Assembly: GCA_963740175.1 (NCBI GenBank) | Contig: CAVUDL010000012.1 | Location: 26,434 to 90,433, forward strand | DNA: 64,000 nt | Source: an uncultured Gemmatimonadales bacterium | GTDB lineage: Bacteria > Gemmatimonadota > Gemmatimonadetes > Gemmatimonadales > GWC2-71-9 | Direction of reading: 5' to 3' | Shown: positions 9,600 through 19,688 of the stretch, one piece after another | How positions within the stretch are numbered: position 1 is the stretch's first letter | How the letters are laid out: every line of letters starts with the position of its first letter | Notes under the pieces: model-generated | What the model saw: the letters and a program-made list of their open reading frames with translations, nothing else | Told to the model about the DNA's origin: nothing | The model's database searches: none | Made by a program: the position numbers and the translations under genes

Positions 9600-10855
9600 A
9601 GATCGTGTACCTCACCCAGCGGCTGCCGTTCGGAATGGGCGAGACGTTTATCGTGCCCGAGGTGGCCCGGCTGCTCGCCGCCGGGCACGAGCTGCTGATC
9701 ATCCCGCGTTTCTCCAAGGATCCGGTGGTGCACGACGATGGAGGCGCGCTCCTGGCCAACACAAGGACGCTGCCCCGCACCATCGAGATCGCTGCTGCGG
9801 TGGCTGCCGCGATGGCGCGAGAACCCCGCCGGTCCCTGCAGGCGTTCTGGCAGCTGCACCGTACGCGACCGCGCCGCCGGGCGCTTTCCAACGCGGTGGC
9901 GACCGCGCAGGGGATGTGGGTCGCACGCGTCGCCCGCGAGTGGGGCGCCGACCACATCCACGCGCACTGGGCCCACCTCACGGCGACCCTGGCCATGGGC
10001 GCGAGTGCGGTGAGCGGGATCCCGTGGAGCTTCACCGCCCACCGCTACGACGTGGTGCTCAACAACCTGCTCGCTGAGAAGCTGCGCTCGGCGCGCTTCG
10101 GCCGCTTTATCGCCCAGGAGACCCTCGCCCTCGCTCGTTCGCTCGTCCCCTCCGATGCAATGGAGCGGGCGACGGTCCTGCACATGGGCGTCTCGCTGCC
10201 GCCGGCGCCCATCGGGGAACCGCCGTCGCGTGCCGTGCCAGTCGTGCTCTGCCCGGCGCGATTCGTCCCGATGAAGGGGCATCGCCATCTGCTGGATGCA
10301 GTGGCCCATCTGATGGCGCGGGGGATCGCGTTCGAGCTGTGGCTGGCGGGTGACGGGCCGGAAAGTGATGCGATCGCGCAACGCGTCGACCAGGTTGGTC
10401 TCGGCGATCGCGTACGCATGCTCGGCATTGTGCCGCACGCCAAGCTGCTCCGGCTCTACCATGAGCGGGAGGTGGACTGCGTGGTGCTTCCGAGTGTCGA
10501 TCTCGGCGGCGGCATACACGAGGGAATCAGCGTGGCACTCATCGAGGCGATGGCGCACGGCGTTCCCACCATCGCGACCAGCACCGGGGGCCTTCCCGAG
10601 CTGCTCGACGGCGGCGCCGGCGTGCTGGTACCCCCCGGCAATCCCGCTGCGCTGGCCGACGCGCTGGAGCGCGTCCTGGGCTCGGCGACGCTTCGAGCAG
10701 AGCTGGCGCGCGCCGGGCGGCGGCGCATCGAGGAAGGGTTTGACGTCGCGGCGATCGCCCGCGAATTGGTGAGCCGCTTCGCTGGAAAGACTGCCCACGA
10801 TCGCGGGCGCACGCACCCTTCGAGGACAGCGGCCCCCGGCCGGGCTTCGCGGTAA
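9596..10855 (+). CDS. Glycosyltransferase family 4 (WcaL-like)
   Basis: MKIVYLTQRLPFGMGETFIVPE... and E-x7-E region LPSVDLGGGIHEGISVALIEAMAHGVPTIATSTGGLPELL. The upstream part of ORF 9038..10855 overlaps the flippase and was discarded. Confidence 0.8.
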   Translation: MKIVYLTQRLPFGMGETFIVPEVARLLAAGHELLIIPRFSKDPVVHDDGGALLANTRTLPRTIEIAAAVAAAMAREPRRSLQAFWQLHRTRPRRRALSNAVATAQGMWVARVAREWGADHIHAHWAHLTATLAMGASAVSGIPWSFTAHRYDVVLNNLLAEKLRSARFGRFIAQETLALARSLVPSDAMERATVLHMGVSLPPAPIGEPPSRAVPVVLCPARFVPMKGHRHLLDAVAHLMARGIAFELWLAGDGPESDAIAQRVDQVGLGDRVRMLGIVPHAKLLRLYHEREVDCVVLPSVDLGGGIHEGISVALIEAMAHGVPTIATSTGGLPELLDGGAGVLVPPGNPAALADALERVLGSATLRAELARAGRRRIEEGFDVAAIARELVSRFAGKTAHDRGRTHPSRTAAPGRASR

Positions 10856-10861
10856 GCACCC

Positions 10862-12142
10862 ATGCGCCGCGTCCTCATCGTCACCCGCAATTTCGCGCCG
10901 ACGAGCCACGTCTCTGTAGAGCGCGCGACGAAGCTGGCGAAGTATCTCCCCCAGTTCGGCTGGCGCCCCACGGTGCTCACCGGGGCGCGGGCGACGGTCG
11001 GGCTCCCGGAGGATCCGCAGCTGCTCGATCAGGTAGCCGGGGTCGAGATCATCCGCGCGCAGGCGCCCGAGCTTTCCATATTTTACGGCGGGCGGCACAG
11101 CGCAGGGGAAGGGCAGCGCGGCGCCCCGAAGCGGGGCATCCTGCACCCGAAGGCTTGGCTCGTGCCCGACGCGCAGTTGCTCTGGTATCCGTTCGCGGTG
11201 CGCGCCGCGCTGCGCCGGGGCCGCACCGCGCGATGGGACGTCATCGTTGCGACGTCGTACCCCCCTACGGCGATCCTCATCGCGCACACGATCGCGTCCC
11301 GGCTACGGGTTCCCTACGTGACAGATTTCCGCGACTCGTGGACCACCTACCACCATGCCCCGCGACGGCCGGCGCGGCTCGCCGAGCTCGAGCGGCGGCT
11401 CGAAGCGAGGATGATCAGAGAGGCAGCCGCGGTCGTCGCCGTCGACGCACGCATTGTGGAGCACGCGCTCGCACGCATCGCGCCCGCCGACCGCCCGCCA
11501 GTCCATATCATCCCGAACGGCTACGACGAGGACGATTTCCGCGGTGTCGTTCCCGCTGAGCTGCCACCATTCTCGATCGTCCACACCGGCCAGTTGCGTC
11601 GCTCGCCGCGCCCTCTCTGGGAGGCGGTGTCGCACGCCATGCGCGAGCGACCGGAGCTGCGGGGACGCGTGCATCTTTGGCAGATCGGGTTCGCAGACCC
11701 GCGCGCAATTCCTGAGCTGGAGGCGCCACCCGAGGGCGTTACGCTGCACCATGTGCCCCCAGTCCCGCAACGCGAGTCGATCTCCTACATGCTTGGCGCC
11801 GACCTGCTGCTCGTGGAAGAGTTTGGGTCGATCATGCCCTCGAAGACGCTGCAGTATCTGCGGGCAGGCCGCCCGATCCTCGCCTTCCTCGATGAGGGGG
11901 GCATGATCCGTGACGTCCTCCACCTCATGCCGCAGGCGTACCTGGCGGGGCGCGATGAGGCGGCGCGGGTGGGCGTACTGATCGCTGCGCTGGCTACCCA
12001 GCCACGCGGGGACCGCCCCAACGAGGCGAGCGACGCCCTGGCCGTGTACTCACGACGCGAGATCGCCCGCCGCTTCGCTGCGGTGCTCGACGCTGCGTGT
12101 GGGAACGTCCGCAGCAGGCCCAGCCTAGACCCAGCACCATGA
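10862..12142 (+). CDS. Glycosyltransferase (GT4-like N-terminal domain)
   Basis: MRRVLIVTRNFAPTSHVSVERATKLAKYLPQFGWRPTVLTG is typical of the Glyco_trans_4 subfamily. Intact 426-aa ORF. Confidence 0.6.
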   Translation: MRRVLIVTRNFAPTSHVSVERATKLAKYLPQFGWRPTVLTGARATVGLPEDPQLLDQVAGVEIIRAQAPELSIFYGGRHSAGEGQRGAPKRGILHPKAWLVPDAQLLWYPFAVRAALRRGRTARWDVIVATSYPPTAILIAHTIASRLRVPYVTDFRDSWTTYHHAPRRPARLAELERRLEARMIREAAAVVAVDARIVEHALARIAPADRPPVHIIPNGYDEDDFRGVVPAELPPFSIVHTGQLRRSPRPLWEAVSHAMRERPELRGRVHLWQIGFADPRAIPELEAPPEGVTLHHVPPVPQRESISYMLGADLLLVEEFGSIMPSKTLQYLRAGRPILAFLDEGGMIRDVLHLMPQAYLAGRDEAARVGVLIAALATQPRGDRPNEASDALAVYSRREIARRFAAVLDAACGNVRSRPSLDPAP

Positions 12143-12284
12143 GGTGTTCCTCGATCCCGAAGACCTGCCCGGTCTGCTGCCGGGGAGCCTCACCAGCAAC
12201 GCCTCTTCCTCCCGTGCGCGCTCGGTCCCCGGTCGCGCCCGCGACGCCGGTTTGGACACCCATGGTCTGGCATAGACAACCTAC

Positions 12285-13790
12285 GTGAACAGCGCCACCA
12301 CCAAGAAGGCACTGCTCCGATCCACGTTCAGTGGTCTGGGCAATCAGTATGCAGGCACGATGATCACGGGCCTGGGGCAGCTCGTGGTGACTGCCGCGCT
12401 GGCTCGGCTGCTTTCCCCCCAGGACTACGGGCTGGCGGGCCTGGCCGCGGTCTACGTGGGGCTGGCCACGGTTCTGGCACAGTTCGGCATCAGCGCCGCT
12501 CTGATTCAGCGGGTCGAGCTCACTCCCCGGTACATCCGTGCCGGCTTCACTGCCAGCATCCTGCTAGGCATCGGCACCACGCTGCTGGTCTGGTGTACCG
12601 CTCCCCTCGTCGCCTCCGCGCTGGGCACGACAGAGCTCACTCCGGTCATCCGCGGCCTGAGCTTTAGTTTTCTCCTGGCGAATCCCGGCGTTGTGGCGGA
12701 GGCCTTGTCCCAGCGGAACCTCATGTGGCGGCGGCTCATGTGGGTGGAGGTCACCGCGTTTCTTCTGGGCTACGCCTTCCCCGCTCTGCTGCTGGCGTCC
12801 GCGGGTTATGGTGTCTGGGCACTGGTGGCCAGCTCCCTGAGTCAGAGCCTGGTGCGCTCCGCGACACTGCTGAGTGTTCAGCCTCACCCCAAGTGGCCCC
12901 GCATCGGTCATGAGATCCGTGAGGTGCTGCACTATGGCTCCCAGTTCACCCTGGCCCGGATCTTCAACTACACCGCGGGCCAAGGCGACAACCTCGTCGT
13001 TGGGCGGGTGCTTGGCGTTGTCTCGCTTGGATATTATGGCCGGGCGTTCAAGCTGATGACGATCCTGGTGACCTATTTTGCCACGGTGGTCACCAAGGTG
13101 CTGTTTCCCATTATGTCACGGCTTCAGGGCGATCGAGAGCGGCTCCGTTCCACCTACCTCACCGGGGCCGCGGTGCTTGGGCTGGTGAGCGCTCCGCTTG
13201 GTGCCCTGCTCGTGGTACTCGCTCCCGAATTCGTGGGAGTCATCCTGGGGCCGAGATGGGAGCCAGCCATTGTGCCGTTCCAGATCCTCACGGGTGGCAT
13301 CATGCTGCGCAACGTCTACCTGATGGCCTATTGTCTGGATGGCGCCCTGGGCGCGATGCGGAAGCGGACCCTGCGGGACGGCGTGTATGCGCTGGCAGTC
13401 GTGTTGGGGAGCCTGGCCGGAACCCGATTCGGCCTGGCCGGGGTGGCCACCGGAGTAGTGTTGGCAATCGCGGTGAACTATTTGATCGGCGCTGCCATGA
13501 GCCTCAGCATGCTGGGTGCGACCTGGCGCGACTACGCAAAGTCGCAACTCCCGGCCTTTGCGCTGGGGTTTCTAACCGCCGCCCTCGCCTACCCCCTCCG
13601 AGTTGGGCTGCTCTCAGCGGGACTCAGCCAGGTCGTCGTGCTCCTCGGCACCGGTGCAATCAGCCTGATCGCCCTGGCACTGCTCTACGTCATTCGGCCC
13701 ACGGTTATCGGAGAGTACGGGACTCTAGCCGTGCGGCACCTGACTGCGGCACTCTCCTCCAGGCTCAATCCCGGCCCCGCCTCTAGCTGA
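12285..13790 (+). CDS. PST/MOP-family polysaccharide biosynthesis protein (Wzx-like flippase)
   Basis: 501 aa, polytopic, with typical family segments GDNLVVGRVLGVVSLGYYGRAFKL and FPIMSRLQ. Confidence 0.75.
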   Translation: MNSATTKKALLRSTFSGLGNQYAGTMITGLGQLVVTAALARLLSPQDYGLAGLAAVYVGLATVLAQFGISAALIQRVELTPRYIRAGFTASILLGIGTTLLVWCTAPLVASALGTTELTPVIRGLSFSFLLANPGVVAEALSQRNLMWRRLMWVEVTAFLLGYAFPALLLASAGYGVWALVASSLSQSLVRSATLLSVQPHPKWPRIGHEIREVLHYGSQFTLARIFNYTAGQGDNLVVGRVLGVVSLGYYGRAFKLMTILVTYFATVVTKVLFPIMSRLQGDRERLRSTYLTGAAVLGLVSAPLGALLVVLAPEFVGVILGPRWEPAIVPFQILTGGIMLRNVYLMAYCLDGALGAMRKRTLRDGVYALAVVLGSLAGTRFGLAGVATGVVLAIAVNYLIGAAMSLSMLGATWRDYAKSQLPAFALGFLTAALAYPLRVGLLSAGLSQVVVLLGTGAISLIALALLYVIRPTVIGEYGTLAVRHLTAALSSRLNPGPASS

Positions 13791-13885
13791 GCGTCAAGGT
13801 GCGGAGGATAGGAAAGATCAGAGGTATTCACTTCGAGGGCCGGCAACGCAATGGACAGTCGCTAGACTGCAACCTAGCTTCTGGC

Positions 13886-14644
13886 ATGGCTGACAGCCCC
13901 GAGCCCCTGGAGAGAGGCTCCGAGACTCTGCGCGAGGATGCGGACATCGGAACCTCTTCGGAAGACTATGCCCGCCGGTTTACCGGCGGGGTAGGACGCT
14001 GGTTTGTGGCAACGCAAAGCCGGTTGACGCTCGGCCTCTTGCGGGCTCTTCCCGCGGGGGCGTCGATCCTCGATGTCGGCGGAGGGCACGCCCAGATCGC
14101 GCCACCGCTGATCGAGGCGGGATACGAAGTCACTGTTGTCGGCAGCGATCCCGTCTGCGCCGCTAGGCTGGAGCCCTGGATTGCCCAGGGCCGCTGTCGC
14201 TTCGACGCGGCAGACCTTCGATCACTCCCTTATCCCGATCGATCCTTCGACGCGGTGGTGTGCCTCCGGCTTCTGCCCCACAGTATCGAGTGGACCGCGC
14301 TGGTCCGGGAGCTTTGCCGGGTAGCTCGCCGCTCGGTGGTACTGGATTATCCTTCGTCCCGTGGCGTCAACGCATTCTCCAGCCGCCTGTTCCACATCAA
14401 AAGATCAATCGAGCTCAATACCCGGCGCTTCCTGATCTTCACACCTCAGCAGGTCAACAATGCCTTCCGCGAGCAAGGCTTCACCGTGCGGGAGGAGCGT
14501 CCCCAGTTCCTCTTTCCCATGGTGCTGCATCGCCTGACCAACCACGCGAAGATCAGCCGGATGGTAGAGACCCCAGGCCGGCTCCTGGGCCTTACCCGCT
14601 GGTTCGGATCACCCATCCTGATCCGGGCAGACCGGCGCGGCTGA
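13886..14644 (+). CDS. Class I SAM-dependent methyltransferase
   Basis: Motif I ILDVGGGHAQ, acidic post-I VTVVGSD and FDAVVCLRLL. The ATG at 13886 is preferred over the ORF start at 13799. Confidence 0.7.
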   Translation: MADSPEPLERGSETLREDADIGTSSEDYARRFTGGVGRWFVATQSRLTLGLLRALPAGASILDVGGGHAQIAPPLIEAGYEVTVVGSDPVCAARLEPWIAQGRCRFDAADLRSLPYPDRSFDAVVCLRLLPHSIEWTALVRELCRVARRSVVLDYPSSRGVNAFSSRLFHIKRSIELNTRRFLIFTPQQVNNAFREQGFTVREERPQFLFPMVLHRLTNHAKISRMVETPGRLLGLTRWFGSPILIRADRRG

Positions 14645-14662
14645 GCGCCTGACCCGAGGGAC

Positions 14663-15847
14663 ATGCGACTCTCTTTCCATCAAAGGATCCTGCTCATCCT
14701 GGTATGTCTGGGCGCGATTCCGACCGCGCTTGCGATGCTCGGGTGGGGCTTGACGATTCGGTCGACGACCCGCGCGCCCGGGGCCCGGGATGCCGTGGAA
14801 GGAGTGGCCGGCTCGGGTCGCGCGCTGCTGCACACCATAGACTCCACCCGGCTCCGGCCCGCGGAGCGGAAGGCCCTGGCGGACCATGCCACCGAGCTGA
14901 ATACCGCTATTGGCCAGCTCCAGCGCGCCGAGACGTTCAGCCGCTACTACTACGCGGGACTCGGGCTGGTGATTTTACTGCTGGGCGGAGCCTTCCTGTA
15001 CGCCTCTATGAGATTCGGGGGCCATCTTTCACGCCAGTTGAGTCGTCCTATCGAAGAGCTGATCGGTTGGACCGGGAACATTCAAAGGATGGAGCCGCTG
15101 CCACCGGACCGGCCGAGGCGGGGGGCGCCAGAGTTTGCCGCACTCCGGACCGCACTGCGCGACATGGCCTCATCGCTGGAACGGGCCCGGTCACAGGAAA
15201 TCGAGGCCGAGCGACTCCGGGCCTTCAGGGAGACGGCCCGCCGGGTGGCGCATGAGATGCGCAACCCGCTCACACCGATCCGGCTGGCCGTCTCTGAGCT
15301 GGCACGGTCGGGCGCCCCTGATCACCGGGACGCGATCGATGTCCTGGTGGCTGAATCGGCCCGTCTGGAACAGCTGGCGCGGGAGTTCACCGAATTCGGT
15401 CGCCTTCCTGAGGGACCGCCTGCACCCCTCGATTTTACCGAGCTCTTGTCGGAACTGGCGCGGACCTCATTGCCGCCTGCCATGAAAGTGAGTCTTCGCC
15501 TGGACCCCGGAACTCCGGTCCTCCCCGCCCATTACGACCCCATGCGGCGGGCCTTCAGCAACATCCTGCGGAACGCGGTTGAGGCGTGCGGCGAAGTCGG
15601 CGCCCTCGAGATCACCGTTGCGCCCGACGATAGTGGCGTCCGAATCGAAATCTCGGACCACGGCCCCGGCGTGCCGCCCGACATCGCCGACCGGATCTTC
15701 GATCCCTACTTCACCGGCAAAGCGGGAGGCACCGGACTTGGGCTGGCCCTGGTCAAGCAGACGGTAGAGATGCACGGCGGAACGATCCAACTCAGGGATA
15801 CGCCCGGCGGAGGGGCGACGTTCGTCGTGCGGATGGCCCACCGGTGA
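14663..15847 (+). CDS. Sensor histidine kinase (2 TM + HAMP + HisKA + HATPase_c; NtrY/NtrB-like)
   Basis: H-box VAHEMRNPLTPI, N-box NILRNAVEA, G-boxes DHGPGV and GGTGLGLALV. Its stop overlaps the regulator start (GTGA at 15844). Confidence 0.85.
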   Translation: MRLSFHQRILLILVCLGAIPTALAMLGWGLTIRSTTRAPGARDAVEGVAGSGRALLHTIDSTRLRPAERKALADHATELNTAIGQLQRAETFSRYYYAGLGLVILLLGGAFLYASMRFGGHLSRQLSRPIEELIGWTGNIQRMEPLPPDRPRRGAPEFAALRTALRDMASSLERARSQEIEAERLRAFRETARRVAHEMRNPLTPIRLAVSELARSGAPDHRDAIDVLVAESARLEQLAREFTEFGRLPEGPPAPLDFTELLSELARTSLPPAMKVSLRLDPGTPVLPAHYDPMRRAFSNILRNAVEACGEVGALEITVAPDDSGVRIEISDHGPGVPPDIADRIFDPYFTGKAGGTGLGLALVKQTVEMHGGTIQLRDTPGGGATFVVRMAHR

Positions 15848-17217
15848 GCGGCGGGGAGCAGGTTCTGCTGGTAGATGACGAGGCCAACATACGCCGGATG
15901 TTGGGGGCCTTGCTCCGGAGTGAGGGCTTCAGCGTCAGTGAGGCGGCCAACGGCAACGCGGCGCTGCTGCTGCTCGACGAGGAAGACCCGGACGTCGTCC
16001 TCCTGGACCTGATGATGCCTCCGGGGCCAGACGGCCTGGAAACCCTCACCCGCATGCGAGAACGCGGCCGCTCCGCTCCGGTCATCATGATGAGCGGCAA
16101 GGCTCAGCTGAACGATGCGGTTCAAGCGGTGAAGCTGGGTGCGTTCCAATTCCTGGAGAAGCCGCTCAGCCCCGAAGGCGTCCTGGTGACGGTCCGGGCG
16201 GCGCTCGAGCTGAACCGCACCCGGGCGGAGAATCGAGCGCTTCGCGCCGAGCTGGGTCGCCGGTCGGACCTCATTGGAAGCGGATCGGCCATGCAACAGG
16301 TGGCGGACCTGATCGCCAGGGTGGCACCCACCGAGGCCAGAGTCCTCATTACCGGAGAGTCGGGGACGGGGAAAGAGCTGGTGGCCGCCGCGATCCACGC
16401 CGCCAGCCTGCGATCCGCCCGCGCCTTCGTGACGGTGAACTGCGCGGCTATCCCGCGGGACCTGGTCGAGTCGGAAATGTTCGGGCATGAGCGGGGCTCC
16501 TTCACCGGGGCAACCGAGCGGCGGTTGGGACGGTTCGAGCTGGCCCATGGTGGAACACTGTTTCTGGATGAGGTGGGCGACCTGAGCCAGGAGGCGCAGG
16601 CTAAGCTGCTGAGAACGCTGGAGACCGGGGAGCTTCAGCGGATCGGCGCGGAGAATACGACCCGGATCGACGCCAGAGTCGTGGCGGCCACCAACCGGGA
16701 CCTGGCCGAGGCAGTGAGTGGCGGCGGGTTCAGGGAAGACCTGTTCTTCCGCCTCAACGTCTTTCCCATCCACCTGCCGCCCCTGCGTGAGCGCCTCGAA
16801 GATCTGCCGGCCCTGGTGGCCCACCTCGCCGAGCGGGTGCGGCCGCGCCACGCGGTGCACTTCACCGATGCCGCGCTCGACGCGCTGGCCTCCTATTCCT
16901 GGCCCGGCAATGTGCGCGAGCTTGCCAACCTCGTGGAACGACTCAGCATTCTGAGTGGTCCCGTGGTGGACGCTCCTGCGGTGCGGCAGGTGCTCCGCGG
17001 CTCATTGGCGTCACCGTCGACCAACTCGCCAACGCTGCCGGCACAAGGCTTGAGCGATGCGCTGGACGAGTTCGAGCGAGGTCTGATTGCCACTGCGCTG
17101 ACGCAGGCCCAGTGGAACATGGCCGAAGCAGCCAGAATCCTGCAGACCGATCGCGCCAACCTGTACCGCCGGATGCGCCGGCTGGGTCTGGAGAAGAGCG
17201 CCGACCCGCAGTCCTAG
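15844..17217 (+). CDS. Sigma54-dependent response regulator (REC + AAA+ + Fis-type HTH; NtrC/NtrX-like)
   Basis: REC domain (LLVDDE...DVVLLDLMMP), Walker A GESGTGKE, sigma54-contact loop variant GSFTGA, Walker B LFLDEV and a C-terminal HTH (AEAARILQTDRANLYRRM). Confidence 0.9.
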   Translation: MSGGEQVLLVDDEANIRRMLGALLRSEGFSVSEAANGNAALLLLDEEDPDVVLLDLMMPPGPDGLETLTRMRERGRSAPVIMMSGKAQLNDAVQAVKLGAFQFLEKPLSPEGVLVTVRAALELNRTRAENRALRAELGRRSDLIGSGSAMQQVADLIARVAPTEARVLITGESGTGKELVAAAIHAASLRSARAFVTVNCAAIPRDLVESEMFGHERGSFTGATERRLGRFELAHGGTLFLDEVGDLSQEAQAKLLRTLETGELQRIGAENTTRIDARVVAATNRDLAEAVSGGGFREDLFFRLNVFPIHLPPLRERLEDLPALVAHLAERVRPRHAVHFTDAALDALASYSWPGNVRELANLVERLSILSGPVVDAPAVRQVLRGSLASPSTNSPTLPAQGLSDALDEFERGLIATALTQAQWNMAEAARILQTDRANLYRRMRRLGLEKSADPQS

Positions 17218-17241
17218 CACCATTTCCCGATCGAGAGCCTC

Positions 17242-18972
17242 ATGCGCCTGCTTATCGCCGGCCTGACGCTGATGCTGGTCTCCCCGCTTCGGGCGCAGGA
17301 CAGCGTCATCGTCATCGACCCCAATGCGCCCCCTACCGACTCCGTCGTCGGGGCCGGGCCGCCCCCCGAGGTGATCGCGGAGCTGATCGCACTGTACAAC
17401 GATTCCGGCGCTACCCGGATGCAAGGCGATGTCACGCTCCCGGCCGGCACCAAGTTCGAGGGTGGTCTGGCGCTGTTCCGGGGGGCATTGAGGATCGCCG
17501 GCCGCGTGAGCGGTCCGGTCACGGTTGCCAACGGAACCCTGTACCTCCTGCCGGGAGCATCGGTCCAGGGCGACATCCTCGTGGTCGGCGGCCGGCTGAT
17601 CCGCTCGGAACAAGTCGAACATATCGGCCAGGAGCGGGTGTATTGGGATGCGGCACCAGTGGTTCGCACCCCTGAAGGTTGGCTGGCCCTGCGAGAGCGA
17701 CGACGAACCCTCAGCGAGATCGCCACCGCGCGAACATCGTTTCAGGTAGGGAAGGTCAGAACCACCCTGTCCCTTTCAACCGGCGGGACCTACAACCGGA
17801 TCGAAGGGCTACCCCTCCAGTTTGGACCGCTGTTTGAGCTGCGCCCCTCGCGCAGCACGTACGCACGACTCGACTTGCGGGGTATCCTCCGAACCACAGG
17901 GAGTTCCGAGGCCCCTGGCGATTTCGGCTATATGGCGCGCGCCGATTTTCGGGTTGAGGGGAAGCCTGAGTTCGGCATCAGTGGCGAGGCTGTACAGCCA
18001 GGTCGACGCGATCGAGGACCAGCCGTTCTCGCGCAGCGAAGTTGGCTGGTCGGCCTTCCTCCTGCAACGGGACTATCGGGATTATTTCGAGCGCGAGGGC
18101 GTGGCCGGCGCCGTGTACGTCAAGCCGCACCCGGCATGGCGGGTGGAGCTGAGCCTGAGCCGTGACGCGGAGCGTTCGGTGCGGGCCAACGATCCCTGGT
18201 CACTCTTTCGAAATAGCGACACCTGGCGCCGCAATCCCCTGATCGACGACGGGCACTATTTCACCACCGGCCTGGAAGTGGAGTTCGATACTCGGAATGA
18301 TCGGGACCAGCCTACCAGCGGCTGGATGATTCGGGGGCGCTTCGAACATTCCACCAGCGATGACATCGCCCCCGTCGCGTTGCCACCAACGGTGCGGCCC
18401 ACCCCCGAAACCGGCGGCGGATACGGCACCGGCCGCCTGCTTCTCGATGTTCGGCGATACGCCCGCCTGACTCCGAAGCTGCAGATGAACGTCCGACTCC
18501 GTACCGATAGCTGGATCGAAGGAGACCGGCTCCCGATGCAGCGGCGCGATTCTCGCTGGGCGGCCTGGACCTCCTCCCGGGGTTCGATTTCCGCGCTTTC
18601 ACCTGCGCCCCCAGTGGCTTCAATGATCCCGCCGACCCGGCTCTCTGCGACCGGATGATCATCACCCAGGTCGAACTGCGGAGCAGGGTGACTCTCAACC
18701 TTGGCTACCGAATGCCCGACCGGGAGGGCAGCCCGGGACGCTTCATCGGGATCAAGGAGGCGGACCTGGTGGTCTTCGGAGACGGAGGCAAGGCGTGGCT
18801 GGCCGGGAGTGGCCCGGGCCAGGTGCCGGTCAATAGCCTTCCAGTCCTCAAGGAATGGGAGTTCGATGCCGGGGTCGGGCTCGACGCGGGCGGAATCGGC
18901 GCCTACCTCGCCAAGAGTCTCTCCGAGGATGAGCCCGTCAAGTTCGTAGTCAGGCTGCAGCGCCGGTTCTAG
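17242..18972 (+). pseudogene. Outer-membrane protein: signal peptide + bactofilin-like (polymer-forming) beta-helix repeat + Omp85/surface-antigen-like beta-barrel; frame broken twice
   Basis: The protein continues across three frames (ORFs 17242.., 17822.., 18655..). I confirmed by hand translation that ...LPMQRR joins FSLGGLDLLPGFDFRAFTCAP...MIITQVELR after a shift near 18555; another shift lies near 17990. It ends in the OMP-type terminal Phe (VRLQRRF). Confidence 0.6.
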
Positions 18973-19688
18973 TGTCACACCGGCGCCTTTCCCGGTTCCT
19001 GGCGCGCCATTGGCGCGGCTGGGTAGTCGCACTGGCGGCGATCACCGGTGGGCTGCCCGGTAACCTGCGGGCACAGGCCAACCCGGTGCGGCTGCTCGTG
19101 AGCCTCACCCCGGACTCCGCTCCCACCGGGGCGCGCGCTCCGGTCGTGCGCTCGGAAAACCTGCTCGGCTCCGAGAGCCGCTGGCTCGCGGCGCTGCGTT
19201 CGGGGCTCCCGGTGCGGCTGCACTACCGGGTGGAGATATGGCGCTCGCGGGAGGGGTGGTTCGACGACTTCGCCCGGCAGCTGGAGTGGGATGTCGTGGT
19301 TCGGCACGAACCGCTACTCGACCAGTACACGCTGCTGACGCTGGTCGGCCAGCGAAGGCAGGAACGCCGCTATGCGACGCTCGACGCGCTCGGCGCCGCG
19401 CTGGCCTTCGCCTACCAGGTGAATGTCAGGCCGGACCAGCCGGGAGGGTATTACTATGCCGCCTCGCTCCAGGTGTCGACGCTCTCCGACTCGGATCTGG
19501 ATGAGCTGAAGCGCTTTCTTGCCGGGGACATCGGAGAGGCGGCGCAGGGAGGCGAGGGTATCGGCGATGCCGTGGGACGCGGCACGACGCGGTTTCTGCT
19601 GCGGCTTGCGGGACTGCCGAGTCTCCGGCTGGAGGCGCGGAGTCCACGATTTGTGGTGCGGCAGAACGGGCAGGCGGCACCGCGGTAA
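18972..19688 (+). CDS. DUF4390-like periplasmic protein
   Basis: Signal peptide, then RLHYRVEIWRSREGWFDDFARQLEWDVVVRHEPLLDQYTL, which matches my memory of DUF4390. Its GTG start overlaps the OMP stop by 1 nt. Confidence 0.5.
   Translation: MSHRRLSRFLARHWRGWVVALAAITGGLPGNLRAQANPVRLLVSLTPDSAPTGARAPVVRSENLLGSESRWLAALRSGLPVRLHYRVEIWRSREGWFDDFARQLEWDVVVRHEPLLDQYTLLTLVGQRRQERRYATLDALGAALAFAYQVNVRPDQPGGYYYAASLQVSTLSDSDLDELKRFLAGDIGEAAQGGEGIGDAVGRGTTRFLLRLAGLPSLRLEARSPRFVVRQNGQAAPR

Noticed and set aside
9515-11287. Very long antisense or overlapping ORFs. Examples: 9515..11287 (590 aa), 15706..16860, 29541..30764, 38100..39665 (521 aa), the upper part of 42162..43520, and 54035..54787.
   Set aside because: Their translations are Arg/Pro/Gly/Ala-rich junk without motifs. 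They lie opposite genes with unambiguous family signatures. This is the typical open-frame artefact of GC-rich DNA.
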